A stretch of 63,998 nt of DNA, filler included, from Piptocephalis cylindrospora (Eukaryota), in NCBI GenBank assembly GCA_003614145.1. It is 6 parts of 6 records of this genome, joined end to end, with 100 filler letters (N's around TTAATTAATTAA, not from the genome) between each part and the next. Parts side by side here need not be neighbours in the genome. Positions count along the whole stretch, not along the records: positions 1 to 10,850 come from KZ988017.1; positions 10,951 to 21,792 come from KZ988018.1; 4 more parts are not named here. One strand, written 5' to 3'. Within the stretch, counting starts at the first letter, position 1, and each line of letters opens with the position of its first letter. Below, one piece after another: positions 1 through 13,900 of this stretch. A program made the translations under genes and the position numbers. The notes under the pieces were generated by a model that saw only the letters and a program-made list of their open reading frames with translations, was not told the origin of the DNA and ran no database searches.

Positions 1-106
1 ACTGCCGCAGACGGGGGGGGTGGGGGGCGGGAAGAGAGAGAAAAAGAGGAGTAGAGGAGCAGCAAGACAGAGGTCAAGGGAAAACTCCCTAACTACATAA
101 AAGACC

Positions 107-2044
107 TCAGGTGCGAGCTTGATGAAGAAAAATGGCATACCAAGGAGTGAGAAGGGATCGTTGCTCTGGACTGACATGACGCATGCATTGACTAACCACC
201 CGAAGAATGCTGGATTCAGCAGGATGACCTTTGGGGAAGCCGACGAGATGATGTAGGGAAAAGACCCACCAGAGGTAATTAGCAACCTGAAGGTCATCCA
301 TTTGGTCCAGGAGCTTTTGGGTGGGTACCATGGCATGTTGGGAGGGGGGATGGGGACTGGGGTAGGTGTGGGGTCTAAGATCCTTGAGGAATCTAAAGAT
401 CTCACTGGGCTTGGAGCGATAATGATGAGCCGAGGTAGTAGTGAAGGCTAAAGAATTCCTAATTCCCTCAGCCACGGCCTGAGAAGTACCGGACCTGGCC
501 GGGATGGGGTCCCTCTCCCACTCTTTAGAGATTTGGGAAGAGAGAGTGGCAAAAGTGGTGTCGGCCAGGGTGCTTGCCTCGATGATGTGATCTGAGGACA
601 AAGACTCACTGTGCTTCTCCCCTTCATCCCAAGTGGCGATGGCGAGGAGGTAAAGGGAGCGACAGATGCCCGAAGTAAGATTCTCGAGGAAGAAGGGGGC
701 CTTGACCGGAAGTTCCCGGTGGATCATTTGGGCCTTCCGAAAGGCCAAGAGGGCTAAGAGAAGTAATTTCCTAGAGGTAAGAAAAGTCACTTTAGGTAGT
801 GACGGGGAAAAGTGGACAGAGAACCGAGAGATGTACGCATCACCCTGAGGTACGTCCCGGAGATGAGGGAGAAGGTGATCAAGGGCCATGCGCTCCTCCA
901 TTTCGGTGTAGGGGCCGGCTGGATCCAGAGGATCGACGTCTGGCTGGACATCATATCCTGGCCTAGCTCCCAGGGACTCCCTTCGCCTCACCAGTGTCTC
1001 TCCAAGACGCATCCAATAGTAGGGGCTGTGGAGGAAGCGTTCATGTAGTGCACATACCGTTAGCCTCCTCCACGCCGCAATCCACTGGCCTTTCCGATGG
1101 GCTAAAAGGCCTTGATGATAAGTAATTGTGAAGGAGGCTTCCAGCAAAGCTCGGGCCACCGGGCTGGACGGGGGAGAGGGGGGGAGAAAGGAGGCGGACT
1201 TGGAGAGAATGCTCCCTTCCCCAGCTTCCTCCTTCAGCTTGACTGCGGCAATGTTCAGGGTCCACTCGGCCAGAGCATGCTTATTCCTATGGGCATTGAT
1301 GCAGGCGATGTTGGCATGCATGGCCCATCCAGTTCCGGGGACTTCACTCAATTCAACAAGATCCATGGCTCCCAGAGGATCCCCGGCCTCGAGGGCAAGG
1401 CGAGCACGGGAAAAACAGGCCGTTGGGTGGGCCGAGTCCCCTTCCTCCCCCAGGTCCTCAAGGGAAAGATGGGCTCTTTGCTCTAGCTCCCACCAGGCTG
1501 AATCTCCTTGATGGAGATGCCGATGTTGGTGAATAAACTGAGCCGCGCCCTGTCGATCTCCAAAAGTAAGGAGTAAGTCCAGCCATAGGCGACGGCCCTG
1601 CCGCTCAGCCATTCCCTCTACTTTCCTGCGCCTCCCGTCTTTTTCGGATCCCCTGGGGTCGTCCGGCTCGACCAAAGGTTTGAGCAAGCGCAAGGCATCG
1701 GTTAATTGACCTGCACATCGTGCCATCAGCGCACTATTGTACCTTTCCACAGGGTCGGGTGGAGACAGTATTTGGGATGAGTCTTTTGACTCTGTCGTAT
1801 TTTGGGACAAGGATTTGTTGCTCAGTAGCGATAGCTTCTTCTCATCCTGTATCTCTTCCTGGCCTGATGAACCATGCCGTAACTGGGCAGTGGTGTGTAA
1901 GTTTCGTGCCAGGGCCTGATCGTTTGGCCATTGCCGACACAGGTCGGTCAGGAGGTCGTGGGCCAAGTCAAAGTCCGCTGCCTCAAAGGCACGTCTTGCC
2001 TGCACCAGCTTGTCAGGCTGATCTTGCCCAACACTCTTGGACAT
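107..2044 (-). CDS. CNOT10: CCR4-NOT subunit 10-like TPR protein (intronless)
   Basis: Motifs AFEAADF..L..L..WPND..LARN, NIACINAHRNKHALA and YHQGLL...YYWMRLGE match CNOT10 (YNCGIQLL...RLWLRLAE). Likely start is MSKSVG at 2044; the upstream ORF extension is low-complexity. Confidence 0.72.
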   Translation of the reverse strand: MSKSVGQDQPDKLVQARRAFEAADFDLAHDLLTDLCRQWPNDQALARNLHTTAQLRHGSSGQEEIQDEKKLSLLSNKSLSQNTTESKDSSQILSPPDPVERYNSALMARCAGQLTDALRLLKPLVEPDDPRGSEKDGRRRKVEGMAERQGRRLWLDLLLTFGDRQGAAQFIHQHRHLHQGDSAWWELEQRAHLSLEDLGEEGDSAHPTACFSRARLALEAGDPLGAMDLVELSEVPGTGWAMHANIACINAHRNKHALAEWTLNIAAVKLKEEAGEGSILSKSASFLPPSPPSSPVARALLEASFTITYHQGLLAHRKGQWIAAWRRLTVCALHERFLHSPYYWMRLGETLVRRRESLGARPGYDVQPDVDPLDPAGPYTEMEERMALDHLLPHLRDVPQGDAYISRFSVHFSPSLPKVTFLTSRKLLLLALLAFRKAQMIHRELPVKAPFFLENLTSGICRSLYLLAIATWDEGEKHSESLSSDHIIEASTLADTTFATLSSQISKEWERDPIPARSGTSQAVAEGIRNSLAFTTTSAHHYRSKPSEIFRFLKDLRPHTYPSPHPPSQHAMVPTQKLLDQMDDLQVANYLWWVFSLHHLVGFPKGHPAESSILRVVSQCMRHVSPEQRSLLTPWYAIFLHQART

Positions 2045-2642
2045 GATGAAGGGGAGGTAGGGCCGCAAAGGAATTAAGGGATAAGAACGATGATGCTGTT
2101 GAGTTGAGTTGGGTCGGGTAAAAGTGCGGTGGAAAGATGACGGGGGGGGAGGGGGAATGGAGACTGACTGCTGTGTTGTTTGGGGACGAGGGGACAGTGA
2201 AGAAGGATCAGGCGGAGTGTATTGTGCGTATTTTGGTAAAGAATAAGCCAACCCAGATCTCGTTCTCCAGGGAGTCTCAGATGATGTGGCAGCCAGCAAT
2301 GCATGGTGAGCCGCCCTGGACTGAGCTGAGAATAACTCAAGGCGTAGAGAGACAAGGCTTGGAATTGGTTGATTCATCATGAGGATCGACTAACAAAGAT
2401 GGATTATTTTCTCTCTCTATTTCTTCTTACTGCAAGAATCAATCATTATTATGATTATTAACTTTCCTTCCCCCAATTAGCACCACTTCATCATGGTTGA
2501 CAAAGACATGAAAAAAATGCTAGGCAAGCAGAGTCTGTATTATACATGACGCATAAATCCTCCCATAAGGAAGAAAAGAAAGATCCCGGGTACAGAAGAC
2601 CACGAGTGGGTGTGTCTGGACAAGCGAGGAAGGAGAGAACAT

Positions 2643-4130
<1,488 letters not shown>

Positions 4131-4571
4131 GCCCCTCCTCTGCCTCTTCCCTGGGTCCCAAAAAAACAAAGGACCCCGTGTCCATCCTGCCTTTTTCACC
4201 TCACCATTGCGCGTGTGTGTATAATATACTTGCTTGTTGTCCCTGCTTGGGCTTCAATCACACTTTATTTTCGATAATTTCAGATATGCTGAGCAGGAGG
4301 TGAGAAGTGTTGGGCGGATGATTTAAGAAAGGAAGATGGCGGCAATAACAATAAACAGTATCCGTGCAGATACATCTCTCTTGGTCGTCCACGGAGTATG
4401 GTGGCCCCAAGGAAAGTCGGTCTTCCACAAGTCATGTCCTAAATCATCATTAAACATCATGGCGGCGGTACAAAGGGATTCACAACACACACTCATCTCC
4501 CATCAGCCCTAGTCAACGCCGTCACTCTTCTTTTCATCTATCCCTCCCCCCTTTCTACTGATATAAATACA

Positions 4572-6090
4572 ATGCAAGCCGAGAAACCGTCCAAGAAGGA
4601 AATCACCGAGGACGAAGCCGCCCTCTACGATCGACAGATCCGACTTTGGGGCGTAGATGCCCAGGCAAGGTACTTTATTGTCCCCCTCTCTCTACCCATC
4701 CCTTCACTCAACCCCCACCTGAATCGCTAATAGGCTACGGAATGCCAATGTCCTTATTGTAGGTAGCAGCGCTCTGGTGAACGAGACGTGCAAGAATCTC
4801 GTTCTTGCTGGCGTAGGTAGTCTCACCATCTGGGACAAGACACTGGTGCAGCCTGCAGACCTAGGTGCCCATTTTTATCTCAATGAGTTCGATATCGGCA
4901 AAGAGGTAGGCAGCTCGGTGGGTCGACCCCTTTTTTCCCTTACACTTACCTTTTTGCCCTTGCCTCTGCACGAATGGGATGAAACAGCGTGGGGCTGCTA
5001 TGCTTCCTGCACTACAACAGCTCAATCCTCGGGTCAAGCTCTCCTTTAAAGCCTGTACCCTCTCCGAAGAGCCGAATGAAGGCCTTTTGGACTTTGATAT
5101 CATCCTCCTGGTCGATGCAGCCTTCTCCCAAATAGTATGTGTGTCTCTTTATCAGCATCCCCATCCCAGTATCCTTTCATTTCTCACTCAATCCCCTTCA
5201 TTAGATCCGATTGGATAGGCTGTGTAGACATCATTCGATTCATCTTCTCACCGCCTCGGCCCCCGGCCTCTATGGATTCATTTTTATCGACCTTGGTACA
5301 TACAGCTACTTTGTGTATGTCTCTCTCTCCCTTTTCTTGGCCATGCCCCGGATGACTTGGGTCCTTGATCCATACACTTATTTCCCCCCCCCCCCTTCTC
5401 TATTTCAGTGAACGTGCCGCCCAGAATGGAGCGGGCGAAAAGGTCAAAGAGACTTTGGTGGAGGAGTACCCCAGTCTAGATGAGGCTCTCGCCTTTTCAT
5501 GGTCCGCTCTACCTCTGAAGAAACTTCGAAAGTTTGTCTCCCCTCTATTATTCAGCTTTTTTGGTAAGATGCTCAACCATAGGATAGGCCACTGTCCCTT
5601 ATTTCTCTCACACGCGCTCTCTCTCTCCCCCTGTTTCCTTAGCCATTTGGAGGTTCCAGGAAAAGAATGGTACTTTACCTACCACCGAGGACTTACCTGT
5701 CCTTCGTCAGGTACGTCTAGATATGTCCAAGGATCTAGGCATCCCTGAAGCCTTTGTCGCCGAACAAGTTCTCCAGTAAGTCCCTGATCCCTGGAATTCC
5801 ATCATCCATTCACTTCTCATCCTGTCTATTCCTTCCCTAGGGATCTGGTCTGGGGTTTAGGTACAGAGTACACACCCACATGCGCCATTGTTGGTGGTGT
5901 CCTGGCCCAAGAGGCCATCAAGATCATCACCCATAAGGAGCTGCCCGTTGATAACTTTTTCCTCTATAATGCGAGAGATGGTATGCTTAATCCTGTGGGT
6001 CTAGATGGCCGTTTATTTCTTGACATATCTAACATTTTCTTCTCTGTAGGCTCGGGTGTGATCCATCATGTTCCCCATCGGAGGAATTAA
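4572..6090 (+). CDS. AOS1: SUMO-activating enzyme E1 subunit 1 (multi-exon)
   Basis: ITEDEAALYDRQIRLWGVDAQ, KNLVLAGVGSLTI, LQQLNPRV, PTCAIVGGVLAQEAIK; GT-AG introns. Confidence 0.92.
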
Positions 6091-6558
6091 GCAACAGGAT
6101 GTAGGGGGATGACGGGATTGTTGGGGACAGGAAGGGAGATTGATTGATTACGACCACTTTTTCTACGATCATGGCCCTCCTTTCTGATTTATAAATGTCT
6201 TATGGGTTGATGAAAAGGATCAAGGGCTGAAATGAAAAATAATATACAATTTCCACAACAGTTTAATAAAATGGGTACAAGGAATAATTATACGGGATAA
6301 TCTATTCAACACTAAGTAATATCTCTCTTTCAAGATACTACTCAGTTCAACAATTTAAAGCAAGGATAAAGTGCTGAATAAGGGTAAAAGGACATGACAG
6401 GTCTTCCCTAATCATTATCAAGTAGCTTTGCTTGGTGACATATCGTCATGAGCCACTTTTATATTCAATTCCATATTGTTCTCTTTTATCCTAAAGGTTT
6501 ATAATAATAGATAAATTTCACAAAGAATGATCCCTCATAGTAGAGTGGTCTGTCACAC

Positions 6559-6630
6559 AGCAGCGTAGCGCAGAGGAAGCGCGCGGGGCTCATAACCCCG
6601 AGGTCGGAGGATCGAAACCTCCCGCTGCTA
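6559..6630 (+). tRNA. Initiator tRNA-Met (CAT)
   Basis: AGCAGCG...CGCTGCT-A acceptor stem with A1:U72. CGGGG-CTCATAA-CCCCG anticodon arm. Initiator-type T loop GATCGAAA. T4 run downstream. Confidence 0.96.
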
Positions 6631-6815
6631 AGAGTTTTACTCCATTGAGATAAATATACTCGTAAAATACCATGGTTTTTTACAGCTTTAAAGGTTGAAC
6701 ATTCCTTCATGGTGACATATTGGTATCATTTCTTGCTATTCCCCTCTGGCACAATGCATGACTCATTGGTCCTTCCTTATATATTCATGGTAATAAATCA
6801 ACATTTATAGTATCC

Positions 6816-7428
6816 CTACTGACCCAAGTGTTCCTTGACAAAAGATGCTAAGTGCCGTTCAGCAAAAATTCTCAGATCAGGATCAGTAGAGGGAAAGAGG
6901 TCGCTGCTCAAGTAGATTGGTTGACCATACTTGGCGGCTAAAGCGGGAAAGTGGTCATTGGTGAATACAATATAAGGCATCCCATATAAATATCTGTCCC
7001 AAGGTGGTCCATTCCATCGCGACTTACACAGACGTTGTGCAATGGTTGGGCAAGGATCCTCCATATCAGCGGAAAAAAGACTTGTGGATACGGCCTTTTC
7101 CTACTCATGTATTCGACCATAAAAAGAGTTGGGTGAGATGACATGGGAAAAGTACTCATTTCTCCAATCCGTGGTTTACCCGGATAGCCGGCATGGGCAT
7201 TGCCACCGTTAGGCTTTTCAAGGCACCTGCACTGGATCCGAACCATACCAGCGCCATGTCCTTAAATTTAAGCAACGTGTAATGAACAGACTGAGTCAAG
7301 TAAGGATGGACTGCATGATACACTTGCGTCCTTGGGCTCACTTCCCTGACTTGAGCTCCCTCCAGTGCAGTTACAGCACTTGGTAGGGCTACGGAAGAGC
7401 TATCCTGAGAGGGCGATGGGGATGTCAT
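6816..7428 (-). CDS. PSMG4: Proteasome assembly chaperone 4-like (multi-exon)
   Basis: VHYTLLKFKDMALVWFG..LKSLTVAMP, IAQRL..KYGQPIYLS, FAERHL follow the PAC4 family pattern. Confidence 0.75.
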
Positions 7429-7670
7429 GGCCGTGGGGAGGGATGAATGAACAAGAGAAGTGTGAGATAGGGTTTGGGCAAGTACCACAAGTGGCGTCTT
7501 TTCCTGACCGCTTTCTAACGGTGGAAGTGGGAGCCGCTGCCACAGCCCTGCTGTATCGACAGTTGGATCCTACTCTATAATAATAGCTGTGGGGTGTTGG
7601 GTTGTGCCTTGCACGCGCATGCCATCAGCGAATGGGATAGCATATATGGCACAGTGTCGGTGGGCACAGC

Positions 7671-7696
7671 ACGCGTTTCCACCCATAGAGACGCGT
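7671..7696. promoter_or_regulatory. Two MCB-like ACGCGT boxes upstream of POL1
   Basis: ACGCGT at 7671-7676 and 7691-7696, ~200 bp upstream of the POL1 ATG. Confidence 0.55.
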
Positions 7697-7896
7697 TGCG
7701 TATCAACAAAGCACGACCTGGTCCATCTCTCATCCCTTGCCTCACCAAGCCTCTCTTTCCTCCCCCACCCCCCTCATCTTACTGAACCTGCACTGAGGTG
7801 ACTATTTCCTCCTTTTCTTCAGTCCCAAGTTCTCCTTTTTCTCTCTCTTTGTTATTGCTCCCCCTTTTGAAGCACGTGACTGATCGGCCAACCGCA

Positions 7897-10850
7897 ATGA
7901 CCTCGGACGATCCCGGACAAGGTCTTGGTAGTAGGAGAGCGACGCGGTCCCGTCGTACTGCCGGGTCTTCCTCCACCACGACATCTGCCTCCTCTTCTAG
8001 GGCTGCCAAACTGGCTGCTTTGCGCGAAGCTCGTCAGAGCGGACGAGGAACCCTGGACATGTATGAGGTGCGTATATTTCCTATCTTTATCCAATTGAAT
8101 ATCTCCCCTCACCTTTACCTCTCATTAACTCCCGAAAGGTCGATGACGGTGAAGTATACGATGAAGTGCCTGAGGAGGAGTATCGGAGATTGACTCATCT
8201 ACACGGCGAGGAAGATGACTTTGTCGAAGAGGATGGTGATGCCATTCTCGGTTTGGGTCATAGTGGTTACACTGATCGTGGCCAAGATGTATGGGGAGAG
8301 AGATATGATGGGGGTAGCTCCGAGGATGAGGAGGATGAAGAAGGCAATGGGTCGTCCGGTAAGTCATTTCTTGCTCTGTGAGATTAGTGATTAAGCATCT
8401 TCGTGGCTAACACTACATTTCCTCTATTTCGTAGCATCCAAGAGGAAAAGGGGAAAAAAGGGGGGTGTCGATGGATCCGATGGTAAAGGCATTTCCCGTA
8501 AGGGCTTTACAGATTTTTTCCAAAGAAACGTCACCAGTACTCTAGCCTCTGCGGCTGCCAATGCCAAGCAGCACAATCCCTCCATGAAAGGGTCTAGCTT
8601 CACTACCAACCGTAAGGTAAGGCAACTTACTCATATCGGAGTTTTTCCCGAAGAGAGCTATAGATTAGTTAACATATACCCCCTTCTTTTCCAATTTATT
8701 CTCTCCCGGAATGGGCATAGACTGAGGCGGACGACGCAGATTTCTTGCAGAATCTTCTTGGTGAACTGGATGCGCCCAGCACAACTCTAGAACGAACCAA
8801 GCCTTTGAGATCACCAGCAGTCACGAAAAAAGTTCAGTCCTTCCGGGAACCTTCGAGGACAGGGCATCCCTTACTGAAGAAACCCCGTATTCCCTCCCAC
8901 ACCCAAGTATCATCTAGTCCTGTCAGACCCATTCACCAATCCCATCCAGAGCCTTCCCAGCACAATTCCAAGGCAAAGGCTCAGGAGTTTGAGCACGAGG
9001 ATGACGTGGTAGGTATATCATCCAGGGGAACGAGGGAACAGTCACTACTTTCAATCTTAATCTCATTTTCTCCCATCTCCTTCCCTCTTGCAGTATGAAG
9101 AGCCTCCAAGTATTGATCAAATCCAAATACCTTCACTCGTTCAGAAAGCCGACGATACGAACGACGATTGGGGTGATTTTGATGGAATGGACGATGCAAT
9201 GATTCTTGTGGAGGCTGCCAAGGAGGCCGAGATGAACGTTAAAGGGAAGGCCAGCATTTTTGATAGTAAAGCTGAACCCTCCTATGTCTCCTGGAGGCAG
9301 CTGGAGGCCCCAGAGATCAAAGAAGTAATGACTGAGGGGCCTCCTCTCAATGGAACAACGTCCACGCAAGGCACTACCGTCTCAAACTTAAACTCTGCTA
9401 CCTCCTCTGCTCTTCTTGAAGAGGATGGGACTCTGAAGATGTTTTGGATGGATGCCTACGAACGTCAGGGCCTCATTTGGATCTTTGGTAAGGTCCTTCA
9501 TCGGGAGACTGGCCAATGGATGAGTACTTGTGTTACTGTGCAAGGGTCTCTGAGGAACCTCTACGTTCTTCCCCGGCCGCCTCAGTACAATGGTAGGATG
9601 GGATACATGGGAATACTGGGTTGAGAGGCGTATTTATCCCTTTCTATTTTAACTCAATTTTCCCTCATCCTTTTCCCCAGATCAAGGGGAGGAAATCAAG
9701 GAGGGTGCATCAGCCTTGGATGTTTACAATGAACTCCGCCAGATTCTCCCTCGACATGGCATCAATCAATGGCAGGCCAAGCAGGTGGAGCGTACTTATG
9801 CGTTTGAAGAGACCGGGATTCCTGCCAAAGCCGTGTATCTCAAGGTGGTTTACCCCTTTACCATGCCTTTCCTCCCATCCGATCTCCGGGGTCAAACCTT
9901 TCATAGGGTCTTTGGCACGGAGACGAGCCCCTTGGAGCTGCTTCTGCTTAAGCGCCGTCTCATCGGCCCCTGCTGGATATCTCTTTCCAATCCCCAGATT
10001 GCCTCGGCCCCCACCATCTCATGGTGCCGGGTGGAGGTGACGATCCAATCACCCAAGGAGCAGATCCGTCGTTTGGATGATCAAGAGGCTAGCGGACTCC
10101 CTTCTATCCCTCCTCTGACCTTGGCAAGTCTGGTCTTACGGACGGTAATGGATATGGAGAAGCGAGAGAATGTACTGGTAGCCGCTCATCTCCTCATTTA
10201 TGAAGCCGTTGACATCATGGATCCCAAGGGTTTAGAGGGGACGAGCGGGGGAAAGAGATCGAGGTACACAGTGGTCCGGCCTATGGACACTAGTCTCCCT
10301 TTTCCCCCCGGCCTCAAGGACGCCTTGAGGCGGGAGGGTCAGTGGCTCGGCACAGGTCAAGGCGGTGGAGGAAAGGTAGAGCAGGTACGGACCGAGCGTG
10401 CCCTTCTCTCCTATCTCCTTAGCGTTTTACACCGGCATGACCCGGATGTTTTGATCGGACATAACTTCTTTGGCTTTGATCTTGACGTCCTCATGCACCG
10501 GTGTAAGGCATGCAACGTGGAACAGTGGTCCAGACTTGGGAGACTTCGAAGATCCCAGTGGCCCTCATCCCTCATGACCAATGGAAAGGGGGGGAAGAAG
10601 CGGGGCCGGTCCCAAAAGTAGAGAGGAGTGTGGTTGGAGGAAGGCTAGTGTGCGATACCTATTTGACGGCCAAGGATCTAGTCAAGGCACGTAGCTACGG
10701 AATGACCCCACTTGCCGGGCAGATCCTCGGGATTGGCCGGGAGGAGGTGGTGTGGGAGGGGGGGGCTCAGGCCTGGAGCAATGCCGCCTCCTTGGCCTCC
10801 CTACTCTCCCATGCGGCGTGTGACGCATGGATTGGCATTGCCATGACTGG
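7897..10850 (+). CDS. POL1: DNA polymerase alpha catalytic subunit, 3'-truncated by contig end, with an apparent 1-nt frameshift at ~10590
   Basis: VYDEVPEEEY..DDFVEEDG, LKMFWMDAYE..IFGKV, ERTYAFE, DPDVLIGHN, WSRLGRLRR, GRLVCDTY. Confidence 0.96.
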
Positions 10851-10950
10851 NNNNNNNNNNNNNNNNNNNNNNNNNNNNNNNNNNNNNNNNNNNNTTAATT
10901 AATTAANNNNNNNNNNNNNNNNNNNNNNNNNNNNNNNNNNNNNNNNNNNN
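10851..10950. other. Artificial contig linker (N44-TTAATTAATTAA-N44); also at 21793-21892, 32717-32816, 43641-43740 and 54545-54644
   Basis: Identical 100-nt spacer with stops in all six frames. Flanking contigs fall in non-increasing length order (10842, 10824, 10824, 10804). Confidence 0.98.
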
Positions 10951-13900
10951 GGGGTCACAAGCAAAGCCTCTTTTCTCTCTGCTTTCACCCAGAGGGTACT
11001 CGCGTCGTCACCGCCGGTCTTGGTAGGTCAGCAGACACGGCCTATCCTCATACCCTACCAGCTCATCCATCTCCTTCCGCTGCAAAGATCAAAAGGTGAA
11101 AATTTGGAGAGCTGATCCCATCTCCTCGGCTCCAGTCGAAGGTGAAGACCATCTACTCTGCACCCTGCAGCAACATTCTGGTATATCCATTCTTCCTCTC
11201 TCTCTCTCTCTCTCTCTCTCCCCTCCCATTAACCCTATATCCTCCATGCAGGTTCCGTCTTGTCGGTCAAATGGTCCAAGGATGGTCGCTACCTCGCTTC
11301 AGGTTCCGATGACAAGGCTATTCTTATTTATACTCTACAAGGGCAAGTCACACTGCTTTCCTCTTCATAACCATCCTCATCTCTCTTCTTACCCCCGCTT
11401 CTTTTCCCTTCTAGGGATGATCGAGCCACCTCCACCTTTGGCATGGAAGGGGTGAATCAAGAGGAAAATTGGAAAGTGATTCATCGTTTAGCCGGTCATC
11501 AATCAGGTACTTGACCCATCTCGCATGGCCCATCCATCACTCCTCTCACTCTTCCTCCCCTTCCTCCTCCCCCTTTTCCATAGACATCACCGAGCTGGCT
11601 TGGTCAGAAGATGGAAAGTTCCTAGCCTCGTGTGCCCTAGATGGTCACATTATGATTTGGGATGTTATAACCTTTAGTACGCTCTTTGCTCCAACACGGC
11701 GGGCGATCTGTTCCTCTTTATCCTTATCCTTCCCCCTACCCCCATCACTCACATCCCATAGGTTGTATCAAGGATATTCATGGTCATGATGGCTTTGTCA
11801 AGGGTCTTACATGGGATCCTGCTGGAAAGTACCTTGCTTCTCAGGTACATCTCTCTCCCTACCAGTAGAATGTCTATTGCCCTACTCGTTTAATTTATAC
11901 TCATCTCTCTCTCTCCCTCATCAGGCCGATGATCGAACTGTCAAAGTTTGGAGGGTAGGTGGGGATTGGTCCATGGAACGCTGCTTATCCCAGCCCTTTG
12001 GCGATTCCCCCACCAACACCTTTTTTCGAAGGCTAAGGTAAATATTCACCGTTTCCCTTCCCTCCCCCCTCCCCCCCTCTTTGTCCATCTGTATGGCCTT
12101 CCCTTCTCATCCTTTCCTTTCTCTACATTAGCTGGGCCCCGGATGGGAAGCAAATTGCAACGGCTAACGCCACAAATGGAAAGGTACCCGTCGTCGCCAT
12201 CCTACGACGAGAGGTCAATTGGCCATCCGACATTGCCTTTGTTGGTCATCAAAGGCCCGTGGAGGTGGTGGTAAGGTCTTTCCCCTCTTCCAGCCCGACC
12301 AGCCATGATCTTGCCCCAACTGACCTTACCCTCCTAGAAATTCAACCCGAGAATCTTCCTTTCCCCGGAACAGGGTACCATATGTGCCGTGGGTTCCCAG
12401 GACAAATCCATCACCATTTGGTCCACTCACAGGACAAAAGCCATTGCTGCTATTACCGATGTGTTTGAGCACAGTGTTCTTGATCTGGCATGGTAGATCC
12501 TCCTTCTTGAATAGGATAAATGATGGAAATGACCATGATGCCCCTTTGGATGGGGGCGGTTTATGATCAGTACTAAACTCCCCTCCTTAATAGGTCTCCC
12601 GATGGATTTACCCTTCTGGCTTGCTCCTATGATGGTCAAGTTATCTCCATCACCTTGGAATCCGCTGAACTTGGAGACCCTTTACCGTTAAATAGACACT
12701 CCGAGGTCTTGTCCGAGTATCTACAAGGGTCCCTCCCTCCCAATGCTGCATCTTCGGGCCCACAACCTCTTCCTGAATCTGCGGAACAGTTAGCTTTAGA
12801 AGAGGCCTTTCGGGGCCAAGGATCCAAGGTGTCCAATACCTCCAAACCCTCTACCACTCCTCTCTCCAGTACACCTCCATTGACCACGAATGATGCCGCT
12901 ATGAGTGCGGAACTTCAACAGGACGTCTCCAAGACCAAGGATGGGAAACGAAGAATCCGTCCCGTCTTCATGGAGCCGTAGGTCCTGCCCTAGCCCTTTC
13001 CCTCTTCTCACTGCATCAATGCCTAACCATCTGTACTTTTCTCCCTTTCCTACCCATCCAGGATATCCCGTACAGCATCAAGTGCTGGATCTTCTAATGC
13101 CTTCTCCGAATCCCTTCCCCCTCCCCTTTCTCCCGCTCGCTCTACTTCGGATCCAAGGCATGTACCCATGTCCAAGCCCTTTAGCACCCTTCCACCCGAA
13201 GGTCTTGAGGCCCTCGTCGCAGGTCATCGTCCTTCATGGCAAGAAACTACCGAGGTGCACGGAGAGGACGAGGGTTTGGAGGCTGGAGGAAAAGGGAAAC
13301 GAGCAAAGTCCTCCTCTTCCTCTCAGTCTACAAAGTCTGGCAAAGTAAGATACCATCCTCAGCCCATACATCTATCACGCCCTTTACACTTATCCTTCAT
13401 TCGCCTCCTCTTTAGAATCATATCTCATCCACCATTCTAAGACCCAGTTTCCTATCCCCTGCTCTTTCCCCAGCTCAAGTGCGTCTGGCTTGTCCAAAAG
13501 TCCTGACAGTTCTCCAGCCCTCCTCTTCCTCTAACTCTGAGGATCAAGGAATCCCCTCTGCCCTGGCCATTGAGGCACATAATGATGATGGGTCCTTGGG
13601 GCCCACTAATCAAGATCAACCAGGTAAGCCTCCTTCTTGGTCAAAAATGGACCCTCCCATTGAACCATTACTCAGAGTCCCTTACCCCCTTCAGAGCCCT
13701 CCAAGATCATATGTAGTCGAAATGGAAAAGTCCTTTGGGTCTCCTATCTCCCTCATCCCATCACCCTACTGGATGTTAATGATACCATGGTTGCTGCAAC
13801 CACAGAAGATGGTGCCTTGCATGTCTACTCGCTTGCCGGGAGAAGGTAAGAACCCGCTTTGGCCATTTGGATGGCGTATTCGCAGAAGATATATAATGCT

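Noticed and set aside
4153..4176. GGGTCC-N12-GGACCC hairpin after H4
   Set aside because: The loop does not match the SLBP stem-loop, and there is no counterpart after H3.
10895..10906. Recurring TTAATTAATTAA motif
   Set aside because: Synthetic six-frame-stop spacer between N runs.
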